Shown one piece after another: positions 25,055-32,223 of a DNA stretch of 32,223 nucleotides; the first letter of the stretch is position 1; every line of letters starts with the position of its first letter. Made by a program: the position numbers and the translations under genes. The notes below the pieces were generated by a model. It had not been told where the DNA came from. It ran no database searches and saw only the letters and a program-made list of their open reading frames with translations. Origin of the DNA: Chloroflexota bacterium (GTDB lineage Bacteria; Chloroflexota; Dehalococcoidia; SM23-28-2; RBG-16-64-32); NCBI GenBank assembly GCA_022565075.1, contig JADFKG010000002.1:1-32223 (forward strand). Direction: 5' to 3'.

Positions 25055-25480
25055 TTGGACGAAGATAAGACTAAGAACATAGACCGACAAGTGCTGCGGA
25101 GTGTAGCGGCCTCGTCGCGAGCGACGCAGCGGTGGCTTAAGACCGCGCTGCAGACGATCCGCACGATGCCGCCCGCGGGTGAGGCCGCTCTCAGGGTTCG
25201 TCCGGCCCGGCCCGACCCCGCGCCGGATCCGCAGCCCGAGCCGGACGCGGCGCCCGAACCCCGGCCGCCGGACCTCGACGATCTGCTCACGGGCCGGCGG
25301 TCGCTGAAGGAACAGCTGGAGGCACGGCCGGAGCTGGCCGAAGAGCTAGAGGGGCTGGCAGACGTCATCGGCATGCTGCGCGAACTGGGACAGGAGCGGC
25401 GCAAGAAGGGTGAAGACATCCTCGGTGACGACTTCCTGAGACCCGTTGACGACGACGAAGAACCTGACCTAGACGTCTAA
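25055..25480 (+). CDS. hypothetical protein (141 aa), Pro-rich linker and acidic C-terminus
   Basis: TTG start after GGGGGAAG. GC-rich third codon positions throughout. PARPDPAPDPQPEPDAAPEPRPPD linker. No recognisable domain. Confidence 0.5.
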   Translation: MDEDKTKNIDRQVLRSVAASSRATQRWLKTALQTIRTMPPAGEAALRVRPARPDPAPDPQPEPDAAPEPRPPDLDDLLTGRRSLKEQLEARPELAEELEGLADVIGMLRELGQERRKKGEDILGDDFLRPVDDDEEPDLDV

Positions 25481-26310
25481 CCGGCGTCTGCGTCAGGTGT
25501 CGGAAGCGCGGCGACCTGTGAACCGAGGACGGACGTGCCGCTGTCTACGAAAATCGTGTTGCCGGTGACCATTCGCGACATGTCGCTGGCGAGGAAAACC
25601 GCCGTGTTACCGATGTCCTCCAGCGTGACGTTCGCTCTCAGCGGCGACGCGGTTTCCGTCCAGCGCCGCAGCAGCGTGATCCCCTTGACGGCGCTGGCCG
25701 AGAGGGTGCGCACCGGCCCCGCCGAAATCGCGTTGACGCGGATCTTGCGCGGGCCCAGCTCGACGGCCAGGTAGCGCACGCCGGCCTCCAGCGCAGCCTT
25801 CGCCGGGGCCATCGCGCTGTAGCCCGGGACGGCCTTCTCCGCGGCGTTGTAGGTGAGCGTCATGATGCTGCCGCCGCCGGCCTGTTCCATCAGCGGCGCG
25901 GCGACGCGCGCGACGGCGTTCAGCGAGTAGGCGCTGATCTCCATCGCCATCTTGTACCCGTCACGGGAGATCTCAGAGAACGGGCGGTTCAGGTCTTCGC
26001 GGTTGGCGTAGGCGATCGCGTGAACCAGGGTGTCCAGCCCACCGAGAGCCTCTGCTGAAATGCGGAACGCGTTCTCGATGTCGTCGTCGCTCGCCACGTC
26101 GCAGGCGATCAACGGAAAGTCCTCCGGGTTACCGAGTTCGCTCAGCAGCTTGCGGACGTTACGCTCGATGCGGCCTTTTGGCTCGTGCTGGAAGGTGAAG
26201 GCGAGGCGCGCGCCCGCGCGGTGCATCGCCTGGGCGATTCCCCAGGCGATGCTGTGCTTGTCGGCGACGCCCATGATGAGGGCGCGCTTTCCCTTGAGCA
26301 GTCCGTTCAC
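25477..26310 (-). CDS. fabI: enoyl-[acyl-carrier-protein] reductase (NADH), FabI
   Basis: GTG at 26310 after AAGGAGG, overlapping the upstream stop (GTGA). Motifs GKRALIMGVADKHSIAWGIAQAM and YNAAEKAVPGYSAMAPAKAALE. The 23 upstream codons of the tracked ORF are rejected. Confidence 0.9.
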   Translation of the reverse strand: MNGLLKGKRALIMGVADKHSIAWGIAQAMHRAGARLAFTFQHEPKGRIERNVRKLLSELGNPEDFPLIACDVASDDDIENAFRISAEALGGLDTLVHAIAYANREDLNRPFSEISRDGYKMAMEISAYSLNAVARVAAPLMEQAGGGSIMTLTYNAAEKAVPGYSAMAPAKAALEAGVRYLAVELGPRKIRVNAISAGPVRTLSASAVKGITLLRRWTETASPLRANVTLEDIGNTAVFLASDMSRMVTGNTIFVDSGTSVLGSQVAALPTPDADAG

Positions 26311-27038
26311 GATGCCTCCTTGCGAATCAGCTCTGGTGGCCGCTCGCCTGCCGCATCCGCGTCCCACGCATCCAGGCACTCGGCGACGACTTCCGCTACT
26401 TGCATGCGGATGGCCTCTGGCTTCTCGATCGCCGGCAGGAACACGAGCTGTCCGCCCGCCAGCGGCAGATCGAAGCCGACGGCGGAACCACCTGCGCTGC
26501 GCGCGAACACGCGGCCGTGCTGGCTCAAGGCCGGCGCATCCTCGTCGACGTGCACGCGGTAGGCGATGTTCTTCTCAAGCGTCTGTACAAACGAAGCGAA
26601 CGGGTGGTCCGCGACGGTCAGAGCGGCCCCCTTCGTCCCGAAGCCAGGGAGCAGGTGAGTGGCCGGTGCGAAGCCCTCGTCTTCGGGCAGCCAGGAGTAG
26701 CGGCTCCAGGCGACGTCGGTGTGTACGGCGTCCGGGTGGCCGAGGCAGACGATTACGCCGCCTCGTTCGAGGAGCCGCGCTGTCTCGCGCCGGCGCATCT
26801 GCAGCAGCTCCAGGAGTCCGAAGGCGAACGAGCTGCCCTCGCCGTTGACGATCGCCTGGCCGCCGTACGTCTGGTGGGCGGCCGTCTCTTGCGCAACCTC
26901 GTCGATGACGCGGGACGCGGCGGCCGGGTCGATTACCAGGCGGCTGTACTCGCTGAAGGAAGGCGCTGAGAGGAACGAGGCGTTGTCGAACGTCGCGTTC
27001 GGGAGCGGGATGCCTGTCACCAACGTGCGAGGCGTCAT
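26307..27038 (-). CDS. hypothetical protein (243 aa), function unknown
   Basis: ATG overlaps the galU stop (ATGA at 27038-27035) and its stop overlaps the fabI GTG (GTGA). Codon bias resembles the neighbouring genes. I recognise no motif (it contains RGGVIVCLGHP and AGGQLVFLPAI). Confidence 0.65.
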   Translation of the reverse strand: MTPRTLVTGIPLPNATFDNASFLSAPSFSEYSRLVIDPAAASRVIDEVAQETAAHQTYGGQAIVNGEGSSFAFGLLELLQMRRRETARLLERGGVIVCLGHPDAVHTDVAWSRYSWLPEDEGFAPATHLLPGFGTKGAALTVADHPFASFVQTLEKNIAYRVHVDEDAPALSQHGRVFARSAGGSAVGFDLPLAGGQLVFLPAIEKPEAIRMQVAEVVAECLDAWDADAAGERPPELIRKEAS

Positions 27039-27898
27039 GCCGGCACGTTCAGGGCGCGCAAGAATTCCGCCAGCTCGGGCGCGATGTCGGGGCGGCGCAG
27101 GGCGGTGTAGATCGACGCCTTGAGGAGTCCGATCGGGCGCCCGGTGTCGAAGCGCTCGCCCTCGTACTCATAGGCAAAGACCTCGCCGCCCTTCTCCATC
27201 AGCATCGTCATCGTGTCCGTGAAGAACATCTCGCCGCCTATGCTGGGGGGCGTCTTTTCGAGCAACGGCCAGATGTCCGCCGAGAGGACGAAGCGGCCGA
27301 CGCTGCCGAGGTTCGACGGAGCTTCGTCGGCCGGTGGCTTCTCGACGATGCGACGCACGCGCCAGACGCGGTCTTCGACGGGCTCGGCGTCGATCGCGCC
27401 GTAATGGACGATCTCCTGCTGGGGGACGCGCTGCACGGCGATCACGCTGCCGCCGTGGCGCTCCTGCACGTCGAGCAGCTGTCCGATGGCGGGCTTGTCG
27501 GAGAAGATGACATCGTCGGGATAGAAGAGCGCGAACGGCTCGTCGCCCATGAAGCGCCGCGCACCGAGGATGGCGTGCGACTGGCCCTTCATCTCCTTCT
27601 GGCGCACGAAAGCGATTTCGACACCGCTGATTCGCTGCACCTCCTGGAGGTAGTCAGGTTTCTTCTCCAGGGCGGCCTCGAGGTCCGGGTTGCGGTCGAA
27701 GTGGTCCTCGATGGCGCGCTTGGCCATGGCGGTGACGATGATGATCTGGTCCAGGCCGGCGGCGAGCGCCTCTTCGACGATGTACTGGATGACCGGCCGG
27801 TCAACGATGGGGAGCATCTCCTTGGGAACGGCTTTGGTGGCGGGGAGAAAGCGGGTCCCATAGCCGGCGGCAAGTATGAGGGCCTTGCGGATGCGCAC
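27035..27898 (-). CDS. galU: UTP--glucose-1-phosphate uridylyltransferase
   Basis: GTG start after GGAAAGGAG. Motif KALILAAGYGTRFLPATKAVPKEMLPIVDRPVIQY. Confidence 0.9.
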   Translation of the reverse strand: MRIRKALILAAGYGTRFLPATKAVPKEMLPIVDRPVIQYIVEEALAAGLDQIIIVTAMAKRAIEDHFDRNPDLEAALEKKPDYLQEVQRISGVEIAFVRQKEMKGQSHAILGARRFMGDEPFALFYPDDVIFSDKPAIGQLLDVQERHGGSVIAVQRVPQQEIVHYGAIDAEPVEDRVWRVRRIVEKPPADEAPSNLGSVGRFVLSADIWPLLEKTPPSIGGEMFFTDTMTMLMEKGGEVFAYEYEGERFDTGRPIGLLKASIYTALRRPDIAPELAEFLRALNVPA

Positions 27899-27987
27899 GC
27901 CGCGCTCCTTTCCACTGAAGAGGCTAAACGCAGTCTATAGCAGCGAGAAGAAGAGCATCAAGGCGGCTCGACTGGCCGCTATGCCGT

Positions 27988-28016
27988 TTGACACCCACCC
28001 TTAGCGCTAATAGCAT
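27988..28016 (+). promoter_or_regulatory. promoter of the SRP RNA gene
   Basis: TTGACA (27988-27993), 17-nt spacer, TAGCAT (28011-28016), placing the TSS at about 28022, the predicted RNA 5' end. Confidence 0.6.
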
Positions 28017-28020
28017 TGTC

Positions 28021-28297
28021 TCTTGGTCGTGCTAGACGGGGAGCTAGCGGTGCCCTGAACCCGCAATCCGCTACAGCGGGGTCGAATTCCCGCTCGAGGT
28101 CGAGGCTCCGCAGAGACTACCCGTAACAAGTGGCATTGATGGTCTGGCCCTGCGCGGCAGGCCGCCACCAACCCCGCCAGATCCGGAAGGAAGCAACGGT
28201 ACGTGGTTAGGTCTGGGTGCCGTAGGTACACCGGGCCGGAGCTGGCTATTACGGGCAAGACTGAGGACTGAGATCGACAGCGGGTGCACGACCGGAC
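28021..28297 (+). ncRNA. ffs: signal recognition particle RNA, long Bacillus-type form with Alu domain
   Basis: The 5' end TCTTGGTCGTGCTAGACGGGGAGCTAGCGGTGCCCTGAACCCGCAATCCGC closely resembles my recollection of B. subtilis scRNA. Domain IV motif AGATCCGGAAGGAAGCAACGG at about 28178-28198. The 3' GCACGACC pairs with the 5' GGTCGTGC. Confidence 0.9.
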
Positions 28298-28401
28298 TGC
28301 GCTGAAAGGCGCCGCCCCATCGGCCAGATAATCCAGGATTCGGAGTTATTAGAGGCGAACAGCTCAGCTTTCGGGGGAGGGGATTCCCGCTTCAAGCGGG
28401 G

Positions 28402-29280
28402 TTGCCGCTAAGGCAATTTCTTATCGCGGTTCCCAACGGGCACCTGCATATTCCCATTCTGGTCGCCATGCTGGCGGCCCTCGTTGTCGTTCTCGCCGTC
28501 CCCATCTCCAGCACCGATGCTGACGCCGGCCCGCCGGTGTCCGTCGTAGCGTCATCAACAGAAGAGCCGACGACGCCTGTGCGGCTGCGCTTCGGCGGCG
28601 ATGAGCGGCTGGTCGAGACGCGCGCGGCCACGGTGGGCAGCCTGCTGCTCGAGCAGGGCATCGTCGTGCAGCCCGGCGACAGCGTGCACCCGGCGTCATC
28701 CACGGCGATCCAGCAGGGCCTGGTGATCAGCCTGCGGCTGGTCCGGGACGTTATCGTTCACGAGGAAGAACCGATTCTCTACCGGAGCGAGATGCGGTAC
28801 GACTACTCGATTCCGCTCGGCCAGAAGGTCGTGCTCCAGGTGGGCGCGAACGGTGTGACACGACGAAGTTACGAGGTGCGCACCGTCAACGACGATGAGA
28901 TCTGGCGGAACCTCATCTCGGAGGAGACGGTCGTGCCCACGAACGAGATCGTCCTCGTCGGTCTGAACATCGAGCAGCCGCTTGCTCCGCCCGGAGAGGG
29001 GCAGTGTCGCTCGATCATGAGGGTCTGGGCGACGTACTACACAGCCGCCAGCGCAGGTGGCACCGTGACGCGGACGGGCACGGGCGTTTTCAAGGGCGTG
29101 GTCGCGACCGATCCGAACGTCATACCGCTTGGCGCGCGAATGTACGTACCGGGCTACGGGTATGGCGTGGCGGCCGATACCGGCGGCGGCGTCATCGGCG
29201 CGCACATAGACCTCGCCTACGGAGCCAATGACGTCTACGACTGGGGCGCCCGGTACGTCGAGATCTGCCTCCTCGACTGA
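28402..29280 (+). CDS. YabE-like cell-wall protein: TM anchor, DUF348, G5 and 3D (MltA-like) domains
   Basis: DUF348-like LRFGGDERLVETRAATVGSLLLEQGIVVQPGD, G5-like YSIPLGQKVVLQVGANGVTRRSYEVRTVNDDE, 3D motif WATYYTAA...GTGVFKGVVATDPNVIPLGARMYVPGYGYGVAADTGG. Start uncertain: TTG at 28402 or ATG at 28468. Confidence 0.8.
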   Translation: MPLRQFLIAVPNGHLHIPILVAMLAALVVVLAVPISSTDADAGPPVSVVASSTEEPTTPVRLRFGGDERLVETRAATVGSLLLEQGIVVQPGDSVHPASSTAIQQGLVISLRLVRDVIVHEEEPILYRSEMRYDYSIPLGQKVVLQVGANGVTRRSYEVRTVNDDEIWRNLISEETVVPTNEIVLVGLNIEQPLAPPGEGQCRSIMRVWATYYTAASAGGTVTRTGTGVFKGVVATDPNVIPLGARMYVPGYGYGVAADTGGGVIGAHIDLAYGANDVYDWGARYVEICLLD

Positions 29281-29310
29281 ACCGACGGCGGTACTGATCG
29301 TCTCCGCCGG

Positions 29311-30147
29311 TTGCCGTATCATCGCCGTGTGACACCAGCGGGCAGCGCGCGCGGCAAGAAGTCTCTCGGCCAGCACTGGCTCGCCGACGGTCGCGTCCTT
29401 GTGCGCATCGCTGATGCCGCCGGAATCGAACCCGGTGATACCGTCGTCGAGGTCGGAGGCGGCACCGGCCTCCTCACGAGTCGCCTCGCCGAGCGCGCCA
29501 GCCGATTGATCGTCGTCGAGAAGGACGATGCCCTGGCACTCGACCTCGCACGGGCCTACGGTGGCACGGACGCTGTGACCATCGTTCACGCTGACGTACT
29601 GGAGACGCCGTCGGCGGACATCCTTCGGCGCGGCGGTGGCGCACCGCCGTACGTCGTCGTCGGCAACCTGCCTTACAACATCGGCACGGCCATCCTGCGC
29701 GCGTTCCTGCGCTCGCCGACGCCACCGCGGACGCTGGTCGGCACGCTGCAGGCGGAAGTCGCCGAGCGCATCGCCGCCGGATCCGGCCGCATGACGTACC
29801 TCGGCGTCGAGACGCAGGTGTATGCGGAGGCCAGCGTGTTGTTCAGGGTGCCGCCGCGCGCCTTCCGTCCGCCTCCGAAGGTGCACTCCGCCGTGGTGCG
29901 GCTCAAGGTCCGCCCATCGCCTGCAGTGGCCGCTGAGGACGTGGACGCCTTCCTCGAGCTCGTACACGCTGGGTTCGCGGCACCGCGTAAGCGCTTGCGA
30001 AACTCGTTGGCGGTCGGGCTTGGAGTCAAGCCGCCGGAGGTGGACGTTTTGCTGGTGAAGTGCGGGATCGACGGTGCTCAGCGACCGGCGATGCTCGATC
30101 TCGACGCTTGGCGTGAGCTCTTCGCCGTGTATCGGCAGGCGTCATGA
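29311..30147 (+). CDS. rsmA: 16S rRNA (adenine1518/1519-N6)-dimethyltransferase
   Basis: Motifs KKSLGQHWL, VVEVGGGTGLLT and VVGNLPYNI. Start is TTG at 29311 or GTG at 29329. Confidence 0.9.
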   Translation: MPYHRRVTPAGSARGKKSLGQHWLADGRVLVRIADAAGIEPGDTVVEVGGGTGLLTSRLAERASRLIVVEKDDALALDLARAYGGTDAVTIVHADVLETPSADILRRGGGAPPYVVVGNLPYNIGTAILRAFLRSPTPPRTLVGTLQAEVAERIAAGSGRMTYLGVETQVYAEASVLFRVPPRAFRPPPKVHSAVVRLKVRPSPAVAAEDVDAFLELVHAGFAAPRKRLRNSLAVGLGVKPPEVDVLLVKCGIDGAQRPAMLDLDAWRELFAVYRQAS

Positions 30148-31043
30148 TCATCACCGTCGCGCCGGCGAAGATTAACTGGATTCTGGAGGTGCTCGGCCGC
30201 CGAGACGATGGCTACCACGACGTGCGCACGGTGATGCAGACGGTTGATCTGTGCGACGAACTGTCTGTAGGTACGGCGGAAAGCCTAACGGTAGCGCGCA
30301 ATCTGGACGCTTATCCACCTGGCGACGAAGATCTCGTGCGCCGGGCGGCGCGGGCGCTGGCGGCGGCGGCTGGCCGTGAGGCCGAAGCGGCCATTAGCGT
30401 CACCAAGCGCGTGCCAGCGGCGGCGGGCCTCGGTGGCGGCAGCTCCGACGGCGCGGCGACGCTGCGTGTGCTCGATCGTCTGTGGGAGACCGAGGCGACC
30501 GACGATCGTCTTCTCGAAGTCGCGGCCGGGCTTGGCTCCGACGTGCCGTTCTTCCTCCACGGCGGCACCGCGCTTGGTGAAGGGCGGGGCGAGCGAATGA
30601 CGCCGCTGGCGGACGTCGGCCCAACCTGGCTGGTGATCCTCGTGCCAGCGCTGACGATGTCCGAAAAGACGAAGCAGATGTACGCCGCGCTGAGGCCAGG
30701 CGACTTCACCAGAGGATTGCAGACCGACGACTTCGTGGCTCAGCTGTCGTCCGGGCGGCCTGTCGCGGGCGACAGCTTGTTCAACGCCTTCGAGCGGGCG
30801 GCGTACGAGTCGTTCGACGGCCTGGCTTCATTCCGGGACTCGCTGGTGCAGGCTGGGGCGCCGTCGGTTCACGTCTGCGGAGCCGGGCCGGCGCTGTTCT
30901 GCGTGGCCAGCGGTGAGTCAGAGGCGCGGGCGATCCGCTCTCGCTTGGCACGCGTTCGGCGGGGGGAGAAGGTACACGTTGTTCGTACGTTGACGGGAGC
31001 GGAGTCTACGGCGGCGTGGTCTGACGGTGAGGCATCCGGATAA
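30144..31043 (+). CDS. ispE: 4-(cytidine 5'-diphospho)-2-C-methyl-D-erythritol kinase
   Basis: ATGA overlap with rsmA. Motifs APAKINWILEV and KRVPAAAGLGGGSSDGAA (GHMP kinase). Confidence 0.9.
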   Translation: MIITVAPAKINWILEVLGRRDDGYHDVRTVMQTVDLCDELSVGTAESLTVARNLDAYPPGDEDLVRRAARALAAAAGREAEAAISVTKRVPAAAGLGGGSSDGAATLRVLDRLWETEATDDRLLEVAAGLGSDVPFFLHGGTALGEGRGERMTPLADVGPTWLVILVPALTMSEKTKQMYAALRPGDFTRGLQTDDFVAQLSSGRPVAGDSLFNAFERAAYESFDGLASFRDSLVQAGAPSVHVCGAGPALFCVASGESEARAIRSRLARVRRGEKVHVVRTLTGAESTAAWSDGEASG

Positions 31044-31052
31044 CATGAACGC

Positions 31053-31766
31053 ATGACTGGCACGATCGTCGACATGCACGTGCACACGGTGCGTGGCGCA
31101 GCCGACTCTTCCCTCAAGCCCGAGCAGCTGAGCGACGTGGCGAAGGAGATCGGCCTCACCGGTGTCAACATCACTGAGCACGACCGAATGTGGGATGAGC
31201 ACGTTCTCAAGGAGTTCCGCGAGGAGAGTGGCCTCTTCGTGAACCGGGGCATGGAGGTCTCGACGGACATGGGCCACATCCTGGCTGTCGGGCTGACGGG
31301 GTACGTGCCGGGCATTCGCAAGGCGAAGGAGCTGAGATTGGTGCTGGATGACCTCGGCGGATTCATGATCGTCGCCCACCCCTTCCGCCACTTCTTCGAC
31401 CCGATCCACTTTCGGCGCGAGGGCCGCCCTCCGTTCGACATGACGCCCGAGGAGGCAGCCGAGCGGATGTCGATCTTCGGTCTGGTCGACGACATCGAGG
31501 TGGCGAACGGCGGCACGCATGCGAAGGAGAACCAGTTCGCGCTTAAGGTCGCACGCGTGCTCGGCAAGCGGGGCGTTGGTGCCAGCGACTGCCATTCGAC
31601 GCAGGGCGTTGGCTACTTCGTTACGGTGTTCGAAGAAGAGCTGCGCGACGAGGCGCACATGCTGGAGCAGTTGCACGCGGGCCGTTACTACGCCGGGCAA
31701 GGTCTGCCGAGCGGCGAGCTACGCCGCTATGAGCTCGAAGAAGAAGGAGTATCCACAACCGGCTGA
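31053..31766 (+). CDS. PHP-domain metal-dependent phosphoesterase
   Basis: Motifs IVDMHVHTVRG, NITEHD and IVAHPFR. Confidence 0.8.
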   Translation: MTGTIVDMHVHTVRGAADSSLKPEQLSDVAKEIGLTGVNITEHDRMWDEHVLKEFREESGLFVNRGMEVSTDMGHILAVGLTGYVPGIRKAKELRLVLDDLGGFMIVAHPFRHFFDPIHFRREGRPPFDMTPEEAAERMSIFGLVDDIEVANGGTHAKENQFALKVARVLGKRGVGASDCHSTQGVGYFVTVFEEELRDEAHMLEQLHAGRYYAGQGLPSGELRRYELEEEGVSTTG

Positions 31767-31814
31767 CGCGTTCACGCCGACTTCAGGCTGCCCCGGTGCT
31801 ATGATTGCGCCACC

Positions 31815-32223
31815 GTGGCCCTGGAATACGTAGCCTTCGACCTCGAGACGACCGGACTCGACATAAAGCAAGACGCGATCATCGAAATCGGCGCGGTGCG
31901 GTTTACCCGTGACGAGGTGCTGGGTACGTTCGAGACGCTCGTCCGGCCGCAGCGGGAGGTGCCGGAGGTCGTCCAGCAGCTGACGGGCATTCGTGAGGAA
32001 GAGCTGCGGACGGCGCCGCTGCTGGAGGCCGTCTCCGGCGGCTTCGAGCGCTTCATCGAGGGGAGCATCCTCGTCGGGCAGAACATTGTCCGCTTTGACG
32101 CCCCGATCCTCGACCGCGAAGGCATCCGTCGCCCGGAGCGCCTTTACGACACCGCCGACCTCTCCTACATCCTGATGCCTTCGCTCGGCGCGTGGAGCCT
32201 CGCGAAGCTGGCGGAGCGATTCG
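31815..32223 (+). CDS. DEDDh (DnaQ-like) 3'-5' exonuclease domain protein, 3' end cut by window edge
   Basis: Not in the ORF track because there is no stop in the window. Frame is open from 31767, with GTG at 31815 giving MALEYVAFDLETTGLDIKQDAIIEIGAVRF...LVGQNIVRFDAPIL (ExoI/ExoII motifs). Could be the N-terminus of a DinG-like helicase or a stand-alone exonuclease. Confidence 0.75.
   Translation, partial: MALEYVAFDLETTGLDIKQDAIIEIGAVRFTRDEVLGTFETLVRPQREVPEVVQQLTGIREEELRTAPLLEAVSGGFERFIEGSILVGQNIVRFDAPILDREGIRRPERLYDTADLSYILMPSLGAWSLAKLAERF

Noticed and set aside
26311-26379. Longer fabI start (ATG at 26379)
   Set aside because: The extension MPGCVGRGCGRRAATRADSQGGI is non-homologous and overlaps the 243-aa ORF. 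The GTG at 26310 has an AAGGAGG SD and gives the canonical FabI N-terminus.
28696-29967. 423-aa minus-strand ORF
   Set aside because: It is antisense to the 3D-domain gene and rsmA, both of which have diagnostic motifs on the plus strand.

Overview
High-GC bacterial chromosomal window (hand counts of about 65-80% GC per 60-nt line in core genes), densely coding and mostly housekeeping. From left to right:
- The 3' end of an Lhr-type helicase gene, followed by a low-GC orphan ORF.
- A TetR-associated block of redox and thioesterase enzymes: nitronate monooxygenase, Zn-ADH, PaaI thioesterase, CMD/AhpD-like protein, LLM flavin oxidoreductase, TetR, and Gfo/Idh/MocA.
- A lone Flp pilin gene converging on a RAM-domain/moeA operon.
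- An aldo-keto reductase followed by pheS and pheT.
- A long minus-strand translation operon that the ORF track only partly resolves: tRNA-Val, a Thr T-box leader, two small membrane ORFs, thrS, a 4-Cys mini-ORF, infC (ATC start, repeat-built C-terminal tail), rpmI, rplT and a 65-aa ORF.
- tRNA-Lys and tRNA-Leu, then an oppD/oppF-like ATPase pair with no permease or binding-protein genes nearby, then lepA.
- A secreted protein with thrombospondin-type-3 and dockerin-like repeats, and an acidic/proline-rich ORF.
- The galU / unknown 243-aa ORF / fabI operon.
- A long Alu-containing SRP RNA.
- A yabE-like DUF348/G5/3D protein, rsmA, ispE, a PHP phosphoesterase, and the start of a DEDDh exonuclease-domain protein.

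No CRISPR array, rRNA, transposase or integrase was seen. I did not find a clear multi-gene novel system such as a defence island. The most unusual items are:
- Two translationally coupled 2-TM mini-proteins between a Thr-specific T-box and thrS.
- The uncharacterised ORF coupled on both sides between galU and fabI.
- The repeat-built IF-3 tail.
- The low-GC orphan ORF after Lhr.
- The TSP3/dockerin secreted protein.

All family assignments come from motif recognition by eye; no searches were run. The T-box, the long SRP RNA and the Bacillus-like yabE-ksgA-ispE synteny suggest a Terrabacteria lineage (Chloroflexota/Thermomicrobia-like or similar). That placement is an inference only.
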